Source: an uncultured Bacteroidales bacterium (GTDB lineage Bacteria > Bacteroidota > Bacteroidia > Bacteroidales > P3). From it: a stretch of 36,364 nucleotides of DNA. The stretch spans positions 1-36,364 of the forward strand of contig CAMWVZ010000001.1 in assembly GCA_947177845.1 (NCBI GenBank), read 5' to 3'. Positions 28,036-36,364 of this stretch are shown in pieces. Below the pieces are notes generated by a model. It was given only the letters and a program-made list of their open reading frames with translations, was not told where the DNA came from and searched no databases. Position 1 is the first letter of the stretch. Each line of letters opens with the position of its first letter. Both the position numbers and the translations under genes were made by a program.

Positions 28036-28825
28036 GAAAAAGGCTCTGCTCCTGCGCGAGCGGGCCGCCTTGGAAGTTCTGCGCAAAGGTTATGTGATTG
28101 AAGTGGAGGACCTCACCAAAAAGTTCGGAGATTTCACCGCCGTCGACCATATAAGCTTCCGTGTGAAGAAAGGCGAGATTTTCGGCTTTATCGGTGCCAA
28201 CGGAGCGGGCAAGACCACGGCTATCCGCATGTTGTGCGGCCTGCACCGCCCCACTTCGGGCAAGGGTCAGGTGGCGGGCTTCGATATAAACACCCAGCAG
28301 GAAGACATCAAGCGGCATATAGGCTATATGAGCCAGAAGTTCGCCCTTTTCAACGACTTGAAAGTATGGGAGAACATCCGTCTCTTTGCGGGTATCTACG
28401 GGGTGGAGGAAAAGAAGATAGCCCTCAAGACCGATGAGATTTTGGAAAGGCTCGGCTTCACCGACCAAAAGAACACGCTGGTGGGGCAGCTTTCCTTGGG
28501 TTGGAAACAGAAGCTTGCGTTTTCGGTGGCGATTCTGCACGACCCCGAAATCGTTTTCCTCGACGAACCCACTGGCGGTGTCGACCCGCTCACCCGCCGC
28601 AAATTCTGGGAGTTGATTTACGAAGCGGTGAACCGGGGCATCACGGTTTTCGTCACCACCCACTATATGGACGAGGCCGAATATTGCAACCGTGTCTGCA
28701 TGATGGTGGACGGCAAGATAGAACAATTGGACAGCCCGGAGAACCTGCGCCGTAAGTTCGGCGTGGAAACCATGGAAGAAGTTTTTACAATCGTGGCACA
28801 GAAAGCCCAACGAACCGACGATTAA
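28022..28825 (+). CDS. ABC transporter ATP-binding protein (ABC-2 type, second of two)
   Basis: It has Walker A GANGAGKTT, the signature LSLGWKQKLAF, Walker B VFLDEPTGGVD and the H-loop TTHYMDEA. It overlaps the previous ATPase gene by 14 nt. Confidence 0.9.
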   Translation: MAMFRKKALLLRERAALEVLRKGYVIEVEDLTKKFGDFTAVDHISFRVKKGEIFGFIGANGAGKTTAIRMLCGLHRPTSGKGQVAGFDINTQQEDIKRHIGYMSQKFALFNDLKVWENIRLFAGIYGVEEKKIALKTDEILERLGFTDQKNTLVGQLSLGWKQKLAFSVAILHDPEIVFLDEPTGGVDPLTRRKFWELIYEAVNRGITVFVTTHYMDEAEYCNRVCMMVDGKIEQLDSPENLRRKFGVETMEEVFTIVAQKAQRTDD

Positions 28826-28831
28826 AGCACG

Positions 28832-29938
28832 ATGAGACAGTTTTTTGCATTTGTGGAAAAGGAGTTCTATCACATCTTCCGCGACAGGGCGACGATGTTG
28901 ATTATCCTGCTCATGCCCGTGGTGCAAGTGCTGATTTTCGGCTTCGCCATCACCACCGACATCCGCAATACCTCCATTGCCGTCTACGACCAAGACCGCA
29001 GCGAGGAAAGCCGCGACCTGTTGTCTCACATCACCTCGGGGCCTTATTTCCGTGTGGAACAGGAGGTGCGGGAGCCGGAGGAGTTCGACGAGATTTTCAA
29101 GAAAGGGAAAATCAAACTCATTCTCGTTTTTCCTCCCGATTTCTCCGAAACGCTTGCCGAGAACCGCACCGCGCAAATCCAGCTCATCACCGATGCCTGC
29201 AACCCCAACGAGGCCAACATCATCAACAGTTATATTCAGAATATCGCCGCCCGCTACGCGCTTTCGCTCGACAAAGGTTCGGTGGAAAGCGTGTATGTGG
29301 AACCTGTGGCGCGTATGATGTATAACCCGCAGCTCAAGAGCGCCTATACGTTTGTGCCGGGTGTTATCGGGTTGGTTCTGATGCTGATATGCACCCTTAT
29401 GACCTCGGTGTCTATGGTGCGAGAAAGAGAGCTTGGCACGATGGAATCGCTCTTAGTGGCTCCCTCCAAGCCGTTTCATCTGATTTTTGCAAAGACCGTA
29501 CCGTATTTCGTGATTTCGGTATTCAATCTGGCCGTCATCATCCTGCTTTCGCTCTTTGCCTTCGATGTGCCCATACGGGGCAATTTCGGACTGTTGGCGG
29601 GCGCGAGCCTCACCTATATCTTCACCTCGCTCTGCTTGGGAATCTTTATCTCGACCGTTTCCAAGACCCAACAGATTGCCATGATTATCTCGTTGATTGG
29701 ATTGATGTTGCCCACGGTACTGCTCTCGGGTCTGATGTTCCCGATTTCGAGTATGCCGCCGGTGCTGCAAGGCATTTCGTATATTTTGCCGGCGCGGTGG
29801 TTCATCGACATGGCTCGCGCCATTATGATAAAGGGATTGGGATTCGGCTCCATTTGGATGCAGTGGACTATCTTGGGCGGTATGGCCGTGGTGTTTTTGG
29901 GGGCGAGTGTGCGGGGCTTCAAAATTCGTCTAAATTAG
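28832..29938 (+). CDS. ABC-2 family transporter permease (YbhS/YbhR-like)
   Basis: An N-terminal TM helix is followed by a large periplasmic loop and then five C-terminal TM helices (VRERELGTMESLLVAP motif). Confidence 0.85.
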   Translation: MRQFFAFVEKEFYHIFRDRATMLIILLMPVVQVLIFGFAITTDIRNTSIAVYDQDRSEESRDLLSHITSGPYFRVEQEVREPEEFDEIFKKGKIKLILVFPPDFSETLAENRTAQIQLITDACNPNEANIINSYIQNIAARYALSLDKGSVESVYVEPVARMMYNPQLKSAYTFVPGVIGLVLMLICTLMTSVSMVRERELGTMESLLVAPSKPFHLIFAKTVPYFVISVFNLAVIILLSLFAFDVPIRGNFGLLAGASLTYIFTSLCLGIFISTVSKTQQIAMIISLIGLMLPTVLLSGLMFPISSMPPVLQGISYILPARWFIDMARAIMIKGLGFGSIWMQWTILGGMAVVFLGASVRGFKIRLN

Positions 29939-29945
29939 GGCGGCT

Positions 29946-31088
29946 ATGGGAAGAAAAGTGCTGAAATATCTCTTGGAGAAAGAGTTTAAACAAAACCTGC
30001 GCAACCCGATTATGTTGCCGCTCATCATTGTGCTGCCGCTCATTCAGTTGGTGGTGCTTCCCTTTGCGGCCACCTACGAAATCCGCAATGTGGAAATGGT
30101 GATTGTGGACAACGACCACAGTGCCTTTTCGCGCGATTTGGAGCAGAAAATCGCTTCCTCCGGCTATTTCAGGACCCGCTATCACGCCCCTACCTATCAG
30201 GAAGCGCTTTCCTATATTGAGAAAGGCGATGCCGCGGTGGTGCTCGAAATTCCGCAACACTTCGAAAACGACCTCGGCGACGGGCGTTCCGCTCAAGTTT
30301 TTCTGAGCGTGGACGCGGTGGACGGCACGCAAGCCAGCATTGTGGAAGCCTACCTCAACGGGGTTATTCAAGACTATGCGGCGCGCACCTTGCGGGAAGA
30401 AGCCCTGCAAAGCCAAGTGGAGGTAAGGAACCGCAAACTTCCCTCGCGTATTCAGGCCACGGCGCAGATGCGCTTCAATCCTTTCCTAGACTATCAGACC
30501 TATATGGTGCCGGGCATTTTGGCCATGTTGCTGACCTTGGTGGGCGGCATTCTGGCCGCGCTCAACATCTCGGGAGAAAGGGAACTGGGCACGCTCGAAC
30601 AAATCAACGTGAGTCCGGTGCGGAAAAGCGATTATCTGTTGGGAAAACTGATTCCGTTTTGGATTATGGGCCTGCTCATCACCCTTATCGGCTTGGGCAT
30701 CGCATGGCTGCTCTACGGGCTCACCCCCCGCGGAAGCCTCCCCACCCTGCTGTTGTTCGCCACCATCTACAATATCGGCTTCACGGGCTTCGGCCTGTTC
30801 CTGTCGTCGGTGTCCAAAAGCCAACAGCAGGCCATGTTTGTCGCTTTCTTTTTCCTATTGATATTCTTCCTGATGGGAGGATTGTTCACGCCCGTGAGCA
30901 GTATGCCGCATTGGGCGCAATATATTGTCTACCTCAATCCCACTTGGTATTTAATAGACGCCATGCGGTTGATTATTCTGAAAGGAAGCGGATTTGCCCA
31001 ACTGCTGGACCAATTCTACGCCATTCTGTCCTTTGCCGTATTCTTCAACTTTTTGGCCTTGATTACTTTCCGCAAGACAGCGAAATAA
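29946..31088 (+). CDS. ABC-2 family transporter permease (YbhS/YbhR-like), paralogue of the preceding gene
   Basis: It has the same topology and motif (SGERELGTLEQINVSP). Confidence 0.85.
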   Translation: MGRKVLKYLLEKEFKQNLRNPIMLPLIIVLPLIQLVVLPFAATYEIRNVEMVIVDNDHSAFSRDLEQKIASSGYFRTRYHAPTYQEALSYIEKGDAAVVLEIPQHFENDLGDGRSAQVFLSVDAVDGTQASIVEAYLNGVIQDYAARTLREEALQSQVEVRNRKLPSRIQATAQMRFNPFLDYQTYMVPGILAMLLTLVGGILAALNISGERELGTLEQINVSPVRKSDYLLGKLIPFWIMGLLITLIGLGIAWLLYGLTPRGSLPTLLLFATIYNIGFTGFGLFLSSVSKSQQQAMFVAFFFLLIFFLMGGLFTPVSSMPHWAQYIVYLNPTWYLIDAMRLIILKGSGFAQLLDQFYAILSFAVFFNFLALITFRKTAK

Positions 31089-31089
31089 A

Positions 31090-31785
31090 TCAGAGCATCA
31101 GACCGATGCGGACACCCGCCTGCATATAGACGCCGCTGAATTGATACATCCACGGCCTTATGGGAATGTTCGTTCCGATTTGTTCGGAAACCGCATCCGA
31201 ATAGGAATTGAAACTATGACGGAAAGCCGCTCCCACGTAGAAATCCATTACCGTGCGCGGCCACAGACTTATCTGCCAACCCAACTGCACCTGCGCCCCG
31301 AAACGGAACGCATTGACGGAATATTGGCCCTCGAATCCGATGTTTCCTTGATGACGCTTGGGGCTCTTGCCTTTAAGCGCTTCGGGGAAATCCTCGCTGT
31401 TCTCGGTGATTTGATTATAGTCGACCCCAAGCCCCGTGGCGATATAAAAGCCCCGTGCGCTGTTGCGGAAAACGTAGTAACGGGCGTTGACATCGAGGCA
31501 GAAACCGTCGGTACGGGTATTCTCCCCCTTACGTCTGCAATTGTATTGCGGCGCCACCTGCAACCAAAGACGGTCTTTGAGGCGGTAGTCGAAATCCACA
31601 CGGAAACCGTTGAAAAACAAGGGAAGCGGCACAAGGCTCACACTCATGTTTTCTTGGAAAACGGACTGAAGATTGTCGGAACGGAGCGCTTTCGTCTGGG
31701 CATGGCAAGGACGGAACGACAGGAGCATCAGCCCGGCCACCGCCACAGACACACAAAAAACATATTTTCCGATAGTTCTCTTCAT
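31090..31785 (-). CDS. Small outer-membrane beta-barrel protein (231 aa), uncharacterised
   Basis: It has a signal peptide (MKRTIGKYVFCVSVAVAGLMLLSFRPCHAQ), alternating hydrophobic beta-strand patterns and an aromatic-rich C-terminal strand. It is a paralogue of the next gene. The track start at 31788 is GTG, and the ATG is at 31785. Confidence 0.65.
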   Translation of the reverse strand: MKRTIGKYVFCVSVAVAGLMLLSFRPCHAQTKALRSDNLQSVFQENMSVSLVPLPLFFNGFRVDFDYRLKDRLWLQVAPQYNCRRKGENTRTDGFCLDVNARYYVFRNSARGFYIATGLGVDYNQITENSEDFPEALKGKSPKRHQGNIGFEGQYSVNAFRFGAQVQLGWQISLWPRTVMDFYVGAAFRHSFNSYSDAVSEQIGTNIPIRPWMYQFSGVYMQAGVRIGLML

Positions 31786-31790
31786 CACTC

Positions 31791-32447
31791 CTAAAATAAA
31801 AAGCCGACATTCAAGCCCACCACCAACATCGCGCCGCCGTGACCGTAATCAAACATATTCTTGTTGTAGAGCGGCTCGCGGGCGGCTTTGTTCTCCACCT
31901 GCGGCGACACCTTCGTATTGTCGACAACCTTATTGAGCAGCCAACGCTGTCCGTAACCTATATAGAAATCGAAATACAAAGGTTTGGCGATATTCTGACG
32001 GAAACCCACCGTTACATTCAGACCGAGTTTCTCGATATGGGTCTTTGCCGAAGCCACATTCTCTATATCTAAGTAGGTGTAGTTGAAACCCCATTGGAAA
32101 TAGGTGCGGAAGCCCACTTTCGGCAATTCGAAATAGTTGTATTGATGATAGAGCCCCGCTTCGCCTCCCAGCATACTGCGTATCGCCGTCTGCCGGCTCG
32201 CTTTCCGGTCGCCGGCCGTATAGCACACCCCGCTCACCTTGAGATAGTGCTTCTGTTGGTAGAGGTTACGCGAATACTCGAGGCCGTAGCCGTGAAAGAG
32301 CAGCGGATACAACTGCACGGTGAGGGTATTGTTTCCGAAGTTGTCGGAGGAAGGGTTTTGAATGAAAACACCCCGCTGCGCCTGCGCCGCCGAAACAGCG
32401 AGCACAAGCGAACAAACAAACAGAAAGCGCGTCAGGTGTCTTTTCAT
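31791..32447 (-). CDS. Small outer-membrane beta-barrel protein (218 aa), uncharacterised
   Basis: It has a signal peptide (MKRHLTRFLFVCSLVLAVSAAQAQ) and a C-terminal ...GLNVGFLF ending in Phe, typical of barrels. The track start at 32525 would overlap dcp, so the ATG at 32447 is preferred. Confidence 0.65.
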   Translation of the reverse strand: MKRHLTRFLFVCSLVLAVSAAQAQRGVFIQNPSSDNFGNNTLTVQLYPLLFHGYGLEYSRNLYQQKHYLKVSGVCYTAGDRKASRQTAIRSMLGGEAGLYHQYNYFELPKVGFRTYFQWGFNYTYLDIENVASAKTHIEKLGLNVTVGFRQNIAKPLYFDFYIGYGQRWLLNKVVDNTKVSPQVENKAAREPLYNKNMFDYGHGGAMLVVGLNVGFLF

Positions 32448-32453
32448 AGGGGG

Positions 32454-32461
32454 CAAAGGTA
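32454..32461 (-). promoter_or_regulatory. Candidate -7 promoter box (TACCTTTG on the minus strand) directly upstream of the beta-barrel gene
   Basis: Plus-strand caaaggta equals minus-strand TACCTTTG and matches TAnnTTTG. It lies only 6 nt from the ATG at 32447. Confidence 0.25.
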
Positions 32462-32481
32462 CGTTTTTTTCGGATATTCCC

Positions 32482-34641
32482 TTACTTTCCTCCCAAACCC
32501 CGGCTGCGGAGCAAGGCTTTGGCATCGGGTTTATGCCCGCGGAATTTCATAAACATATCCATAGCGGGATACATACCGCCGTTTTTGAGGATGTTTTGAC
32601 GGAAAGACTCCCCGATTGCGCGGTTCAATACGTTCCCGCTCTGTTCGAAGGCCTCGAAAGCGTCGCAATCCAACACTTCCGCCCACGTGTAGCAGTAGTA
32701 GCCCGCACTGTAGCCACCTTCCATGGTATGACTGAAATAGTTGGTGCGGTAGCGGGGAAGGATTTCGGGAATGAGGGCGCGCTTTTGCGCAAAGGTGGAT
32801 TCGAAGACCGCAGGGTCAAGCGCGCCTCCCGCTGAAGTATCTTCAGCGGCGATAGCCTTGAGGGTGTGGTAGTCCATATCCAGCAGGGCGGCGGCCAGCA
32901 GTTCGGTGGTGGCGAAGCCTTGTCCGTAGGTCTGCACCTGTCCGATACGGTCTACCATTTCCTGCGGCATGGGTTCACCCGTCTTGTAATGATGCGCGTA
33001 GGCTTTCAGCATATCGGGATGAAACACCCAATGTTCCATGATTTGGGACGGCAACTCCACGAAATCGCGGGGAACATCGTGCATACCCTTATACGAAACC
33101 TCGGCGAAGAGGGTGTGCAGGGCGTGTCCGAACTCGTGGAAGAACGTTTCGGCCTCGTCCATGTTCAGCAACATAGGCTGGCCGGGGAGGGGCGGCGTGA
33201 AATTGCATACAATCGAAGTGACAGGCGTAAGACGCCGCCCCGCACTGTCGTAGTCCTGCTCCACATAGTTGGTGTTCCATGCCCCGCCCGACTTATAGCC
33301 CGGACGCGCCTCCATATCCATGTAGATTACCCCCAGCACGGTGCCGTCGGCATCCTTGCAGACATAGGCCGTGGTGTTGGGCGTGGGAAATTCAACATCG
33401 TAAATCTGCTCGAAATCTATGTTATACAAACGTTTGCAAAGATAGAAGATACCGTTCCGCACGCTGTCGACAGACAGATATTCCTTGAGGGCGTTTTCGT
33501 CGAGCGCATATTTGGCCGCACGTACTTTCTCCGCATAATACCGCCAATCGGAGGGCAGGAACGCACCTTTATACTTCTCGGTTTTCTTTCGGTATTGCTT
33601 CATTTCGGCCAATTCCTGCTTGGCGCGCTCCAAAGCCGCCGTCCAGATAGGGTCGAGCAAATCGTAAACGGCTTGCGGAGTCTGCGCCATACGGGTCTGC
33701 AACGCATAGGAAGCATAGTCGGGATAGCCCAGCAAACGGGCTTTCCGCAAACGCAAGGCCACAATCTGCTGCACCACAGACGTATTGTCGTATTCGCTCC
33801 CCGCTTGGCAACGTCCCGTGTAGCCGTCTAAAATCTCCTTGCGCAAGTCGGCGTCCTTTACATATTGCAAGAAAGGCATCACCGTGGGATTGTCGAGCCC
33901 GAAGACCCAACCCGTCTTGCCTTTCTGCGCCGCTTTTTCGGCGGCACGGCGGAGAGCGTCTTCCGGCAGGCCTTCCAAACGCGAGGCGTCTTCCACCCAC
34001 AATTCGTATTGGGCGGTGGCCTTGAGCACATTCTGCCCGAAGGTGTTTTCCAATTCGCTGAGCTTGATGTTAATCTGCATCAATTCGTCTTGGGCGGCCT
34101 TGTCGAGTTCGGCTCCTCCGAGCACAAATTCGCGGTATACATCGTCCAAAAGTTTCTGCTGCACGGCATCCAAAGCGGGTTTCTGTTCCTTAATCCGCTT
34201 TACGCGACGGAACAGAAAAGGATTCATGTATACCTTGTCGCTCTGCGCGCTGAGCATCTGCGCGGCCTCGTTCACTATCTCGTGCAGGCGCGGCGTGGCA
34301 TGTGCCTCCACCACGTTGAAGAGCACGCCCCCCACCTTGTCGAGAACCTCGCTGCTGTTTTCCATAGCCAGAATCGTATTCTCGAAGGTGGCTTCGTCGC
34401 GGTTCTCCACAATGGCGCGGATGGCTTCGTCCTGCAGGCGGATACCTTCCTGCAAGGCGGGGATATAATCGTCTTCCGTGATGCGGCTGAAGGGCGGTAT
34501 ACGGTAGGGATTGCCCTCCCACGATTCCAAGAACGGGTTGACACGCACACCCGTTGTGTCTGCTTGCGCTTCCTGCGCGTTTACATTTCCACTCATGATA
34601 AACAAACTTGTCAGACCGACAATAAAATTCCTTTTCATCAT
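32482..34641 (-). CDS. dcp: M3-family zinc metallopeptidase, peptidyl-dipeptidase Dcp-like, exported
   Basis: It has a signal peptide (MMKRNFIVGLTSLFIMSGNVNAQ) and the zinc site FFHEFGHALH followed by a downstream E (FVELPSQ). Length and overall pattern fit M3A. Confidence 0.88.
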   Translation of the reverse strand: MMKRNFIVGLTSLFIMSGNVNAQEAQADTTGVRVNPFLESWEGNPYRIPPFSRITEDDYIPALQEGIRLQDEAIRAIVENRDEATFENTILAMENSSEVLDKVGGVLFNVVEAHATPRLHEIVNEAAQMLSAQSDKVYMNPFLFRRVKRIKEQKPALDAVQQKLLDDVYREFVLGGAELDKAAQDELMQINIKLSELENTFGQNVLKATAQYELWVEDASRLEGLPEDALRRAAEKAAQKGKTGWVFGLDNPTVMPFLQYVKDADLRKEILDGYTGRCQAGSEYDNTSVVQQIVALRLRKARLLGYPDYASYALQTRMAQTPQAVYDLLDPIWTAALERAKQELAEMKQYRKKTEKYKGAFLPSDWRYYAEKVRAAKYALDENALKEYLSVDSVRNGIFYLCKRLYNIDFEQIYDVEFPTPNTTAYVCKDADGTVLGVIYMDMEARPGYKSGGAWNTNYVEQDYDSAGRRLTPVTSIVCNFTPPLPGQPMLLNMDEAETFFHEFGHALHTLFAEVSYKGMHDVPRDFVELPSQIMEHWVFHPDMLKAYAHHYKTGEPMPQEMVDRIGQVQTYGQGFATTELLAAALLDMDYHTLKAIAAEDTSAGGALDPAVFESTFAQKRALIPEILPRYRTNYFSHTMEGGYSAGYYCYTWAEVLDCDAFEAFEQSGNVLNRAIGESFRQNILKNGGMYPAMDMFMKFRGHKPDAKALLRSRGLGGK

Positions 34642-36364
34642 ATCTTAACCATTTTTCCGTGCAATATTTCACCCTTTTCCGTGCAGAGGACAAGGAAGTA
34701 AAGTCCCGGCTTCCACGAAGAAACCTGCAAGGTGTTTTCACCCGCCTCCACATCTATTTTCCGAAGCACCGCACCCGACACCGAGCGCACCTCCAGCCTG
34801 CCCGCCTGCGGGGCGTAGAAGGTGAAGTGGTCGGAAACGGGATTGGGACGCACGAGGAGGGAGGCCGCACCCGCAGCTTCGTTGGCGGTGACAACCGTAT
34901 CGGGCGAGGGCGCAGGCGATACAAAACCCACAATCACGGGCTCGTGGTCGGAGCAACGATAGGGGCCGTCCTGCCGGGTCTTGTCTTTTTCGTAGTCGAA
35001 GAACGAAGGTTCATCGGAATTGATATGCCAAACCGTGGCACCCGTCACCAACTCGCGCATATCGGGCGAAGCCAGCGAATAGTCGAGATACTGCACGTAA
35101 TCGTCGAAACAGTAGGAGTATTCGGCTTCGTGAAAACGGTTGGTCTGATTTTCGTAGCCCGCATCGGTAAACACGCGGATAGGGTCTTCGCGGTACATGG
35201 CGTTCAAATCGCCCATTACCAAGATATTTTCGGTGCCGTAGTAATAGCGGAGCAAATCCAAACGGTCGAGCACGGCATTCGCCTCTCTGGTGCGGGTGGC
35301 GTTATAAATGCCCTGTCCGTCGCCTTGGTCGGCATCGGCACCCGTGCCTGTACCCGATTTCGCCTTGAAGTGGTTGATGCTGAAAATAAACACAAAGCCT
35401 GTTTTCTTATTGCGGAAGGCCTGTATCAGTTTACGGTTGACGGGCGTAGAACTTATCATATGGTTGTCGCGGTAGGGTTCCCACTTGGTGCTGTCGTAGA
35501 CAATATGATTGCAGGTGTAGTCGGCGCTGGAGGAGGCATAGCCGTTCCAACGCACAAAGTCGTAGGTGCCCGCGCCGCGCTGTTTGTCGAGTTCCTCCAC
35601 CAACGCCCGCACGGGGCCTGTGCCGCCGCCCACTTCCACAAAGCCGTAGATATCGGCGTCGATGGCGCGTATGGCCTTGGATATACGGGTGCGTTGCAGG
35701 GCGTCGCGGTTCATGAAATATTCCAAGTTGAAACCGCAGATTTTGGTGTCGTAATTTCCCAACGCCTTATCATTGGGCGCGGCGGTGCGGGGATTGCCCT
35801 TGAAATCGGGCGTTCCGTTCTGGGCATACACCTGATATTCCCGGTCGCTTTGGTCGAGCACACAGCGGAAATTCGTGAGCCTGTTGCCCGTGCGGCAAGT
35901 GCCGTCTTTGTCTAAAAAGGGTGTGGAGGAAGGTTTGCCCGTGCCGCCGTAACTCAGCGTGATGCGGTTGCTGTGGTTGTAGGCCACCGCCGCTTCATAG
36001 GCTTCGCTCTTGGGCAGATTGTAGTCGGTGGGGGAACGGTGGCGCGTGGTACCCAAAATCACGCTTCCGCTATACGTGAGGTTGCGCGTGGAAAGCAGAT
36101 GAAGCGTATCGGTAAATTCCAGCGCCATGCATTCCAAGCTCTCTTCCTTGCCCTGCACGTCTTCTTCGAAACGCACCTTGGTGAAAGGAATCGCCACGCT
36201 ATCTTTCAGCACTTGCAGGTTCTTGATTTTGCTCAACTGCGTGCGGTTTCTGTATTCGCCCACCGTGCCTGTAAGCTTCACATAATCACCAACCTTAACA
36301 TCTTGCCTTCCATATACGAAAATGGCATCGGAAGTAAGGGGATTGCCGTCGCCCAAGGTGTCTT
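34638..36364 (-). CDS. ExeM/NucH-like extracellular endonuclease (OB-fold + endonuclease/exonuclease/phosphatase domain) with a T9SS C-terminal sorting domain; 5'-truncated by the window edge
   Basis: EEP motifs are present (ICGFNLEYF, IYGFVEV, INHFKAKSG, VMGDLNA, SDHEPV), with an OB-like segment upstream (GDYVKLTGTVGEYRNRTQL). The last roughly 75 aa form a type-A CTD (LLVRPNPVSDHFTFY...GLYFLVLCTEKGEILHGKMVKI). The frame is open to position 36364, and the track start is TTG. Confidence 0.85.
   Translation of the reverse strand, partial: DTLGDGNPLTSDAIFVYGRQDVKVGDYVKLTGTVGEYRNRTQLSKIKNLQVLKDSVAIPFTKVRFEEDVQGKEESLECMALEFTDTLHLLSTRNLTYSGSVILGTTRHRSPTDYNLPKSEAYEAAVAYNHSNRITLSYGGTGKPSSTPFLDKDGTCRTGNRLTNFRCVLDQSDREYQVYAQNGTPDFKGNPRTAAPNDKALGNYDTKICGFNLEYFMNRDALQRTRISKAIRAIDADIYGFVEVGGGTGPVRALVEELDKQRGAGTYDFVRWNGYASSSADYTCNHIVYDSTKWEPYRDNHMISSTPVNRKLIQAFRNKKTGFVFIFSINHFKAKSGTGTGADADQGDGQGIYNATRTREANAVLDRLDLLRYYYGTENILVMGDLNAMYREDPIRVFTDAGYENQTNRFHEAEYSYCFDDYVQYLDYSLASPDMRELVTGATVWHINSDEPSFFDYEKDKTRQDGPYRCSDHEPVIVGFVSPAPSPDTVVTANEAAGAASLLVRPNPVSDHFTFYAPQAGRLEVRSVSGAVLRKIDVEAGENTLQVSSWKPGLYFLVLCTEKGEILHGKMVKI

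Noticed and set aside
27076-31088. The ABC transporter as the gliding-motility GldA/GldF/GldG system.
   Set aside because: The architecture does not match. There are two ATPases, two roughly 370-aa ABC-2 permeases and a HlyD-type adaptor. GldAFG has one ATPase, a roughly 240-aa GldF and a large GldG. It fits YbhGFSR-like exporters better.
1-36364. A search for tRNA or rRNA genes, CRISPR arrays, IS elements, integrases, toxin-antitoxin pairs or other accessory-island hallmarks.
   Set aside because: None was seen. Intergenic spaces are short (at most about 195 nt). There are no spaced direct-repeat arrays and no transposase or integrase-like translations. Composition looks uniform, so the window reads as core chromosome.

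Overview
This is a densely packed, almost fully coding chromosomal segment that looks like Bacteroidota (Bacteroidales-like). The evidence is TAnnTTTG-type promoter boxes, little Shine-Dalgarno usage, type IX secretion genes and a T9SS C-terminal sorting domain. I support 33 CDS (two partial at the window edges). I saw no rRNA, tRNA, CRISPR, transposase, integrase or recognisable phage-defence genes.

The outstanding system is a complete type IX secretion (T9SS) core operon, porP-porK-porL-porM-porN (12538-18213). The T9SS response regulator PorX (receiver + PglZ domain, 2489-4042) lies about 8.5 kb upstream. A T9SS cargo, an ExeM/NucH-like nuclease with a C-terminal sorting domain, sits at the right edge. 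All of these families are already described.

The remaining genes are housekeeping or envelope functions:
- MlaD-like protein and an amidase with a SPOR domain
- tsaE, aroB, aroA, a 5'-nucleotidase, queA, ruvC
- a HIT protein and greA
- recG, uvrA, a TGS-nucleoside kinase, murF
- a YbhGFSR-like ABC-2 exporter
- two tandem small beta-barrel outer-membrane proteins
- the M3 peptidase Dcp

The things most worth a second look:
1. Two uncharacterised exported proteins (11246-12452) appear to be the first genes of the por transcription unit.
2. A hairpin plus U-tract lies inside the greA leader, resembling E. coli GraL.
3. A duplicated promoter box lies upstream of porX.
4. A tandem pair of paralogous beta-barrel genes lies downstream of the T9SS cargo gene.

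I did not find convincing evidence for a wholly new multi-gene system. All product calls rest on motif recognition by eye. No database search or folding calculation was run.
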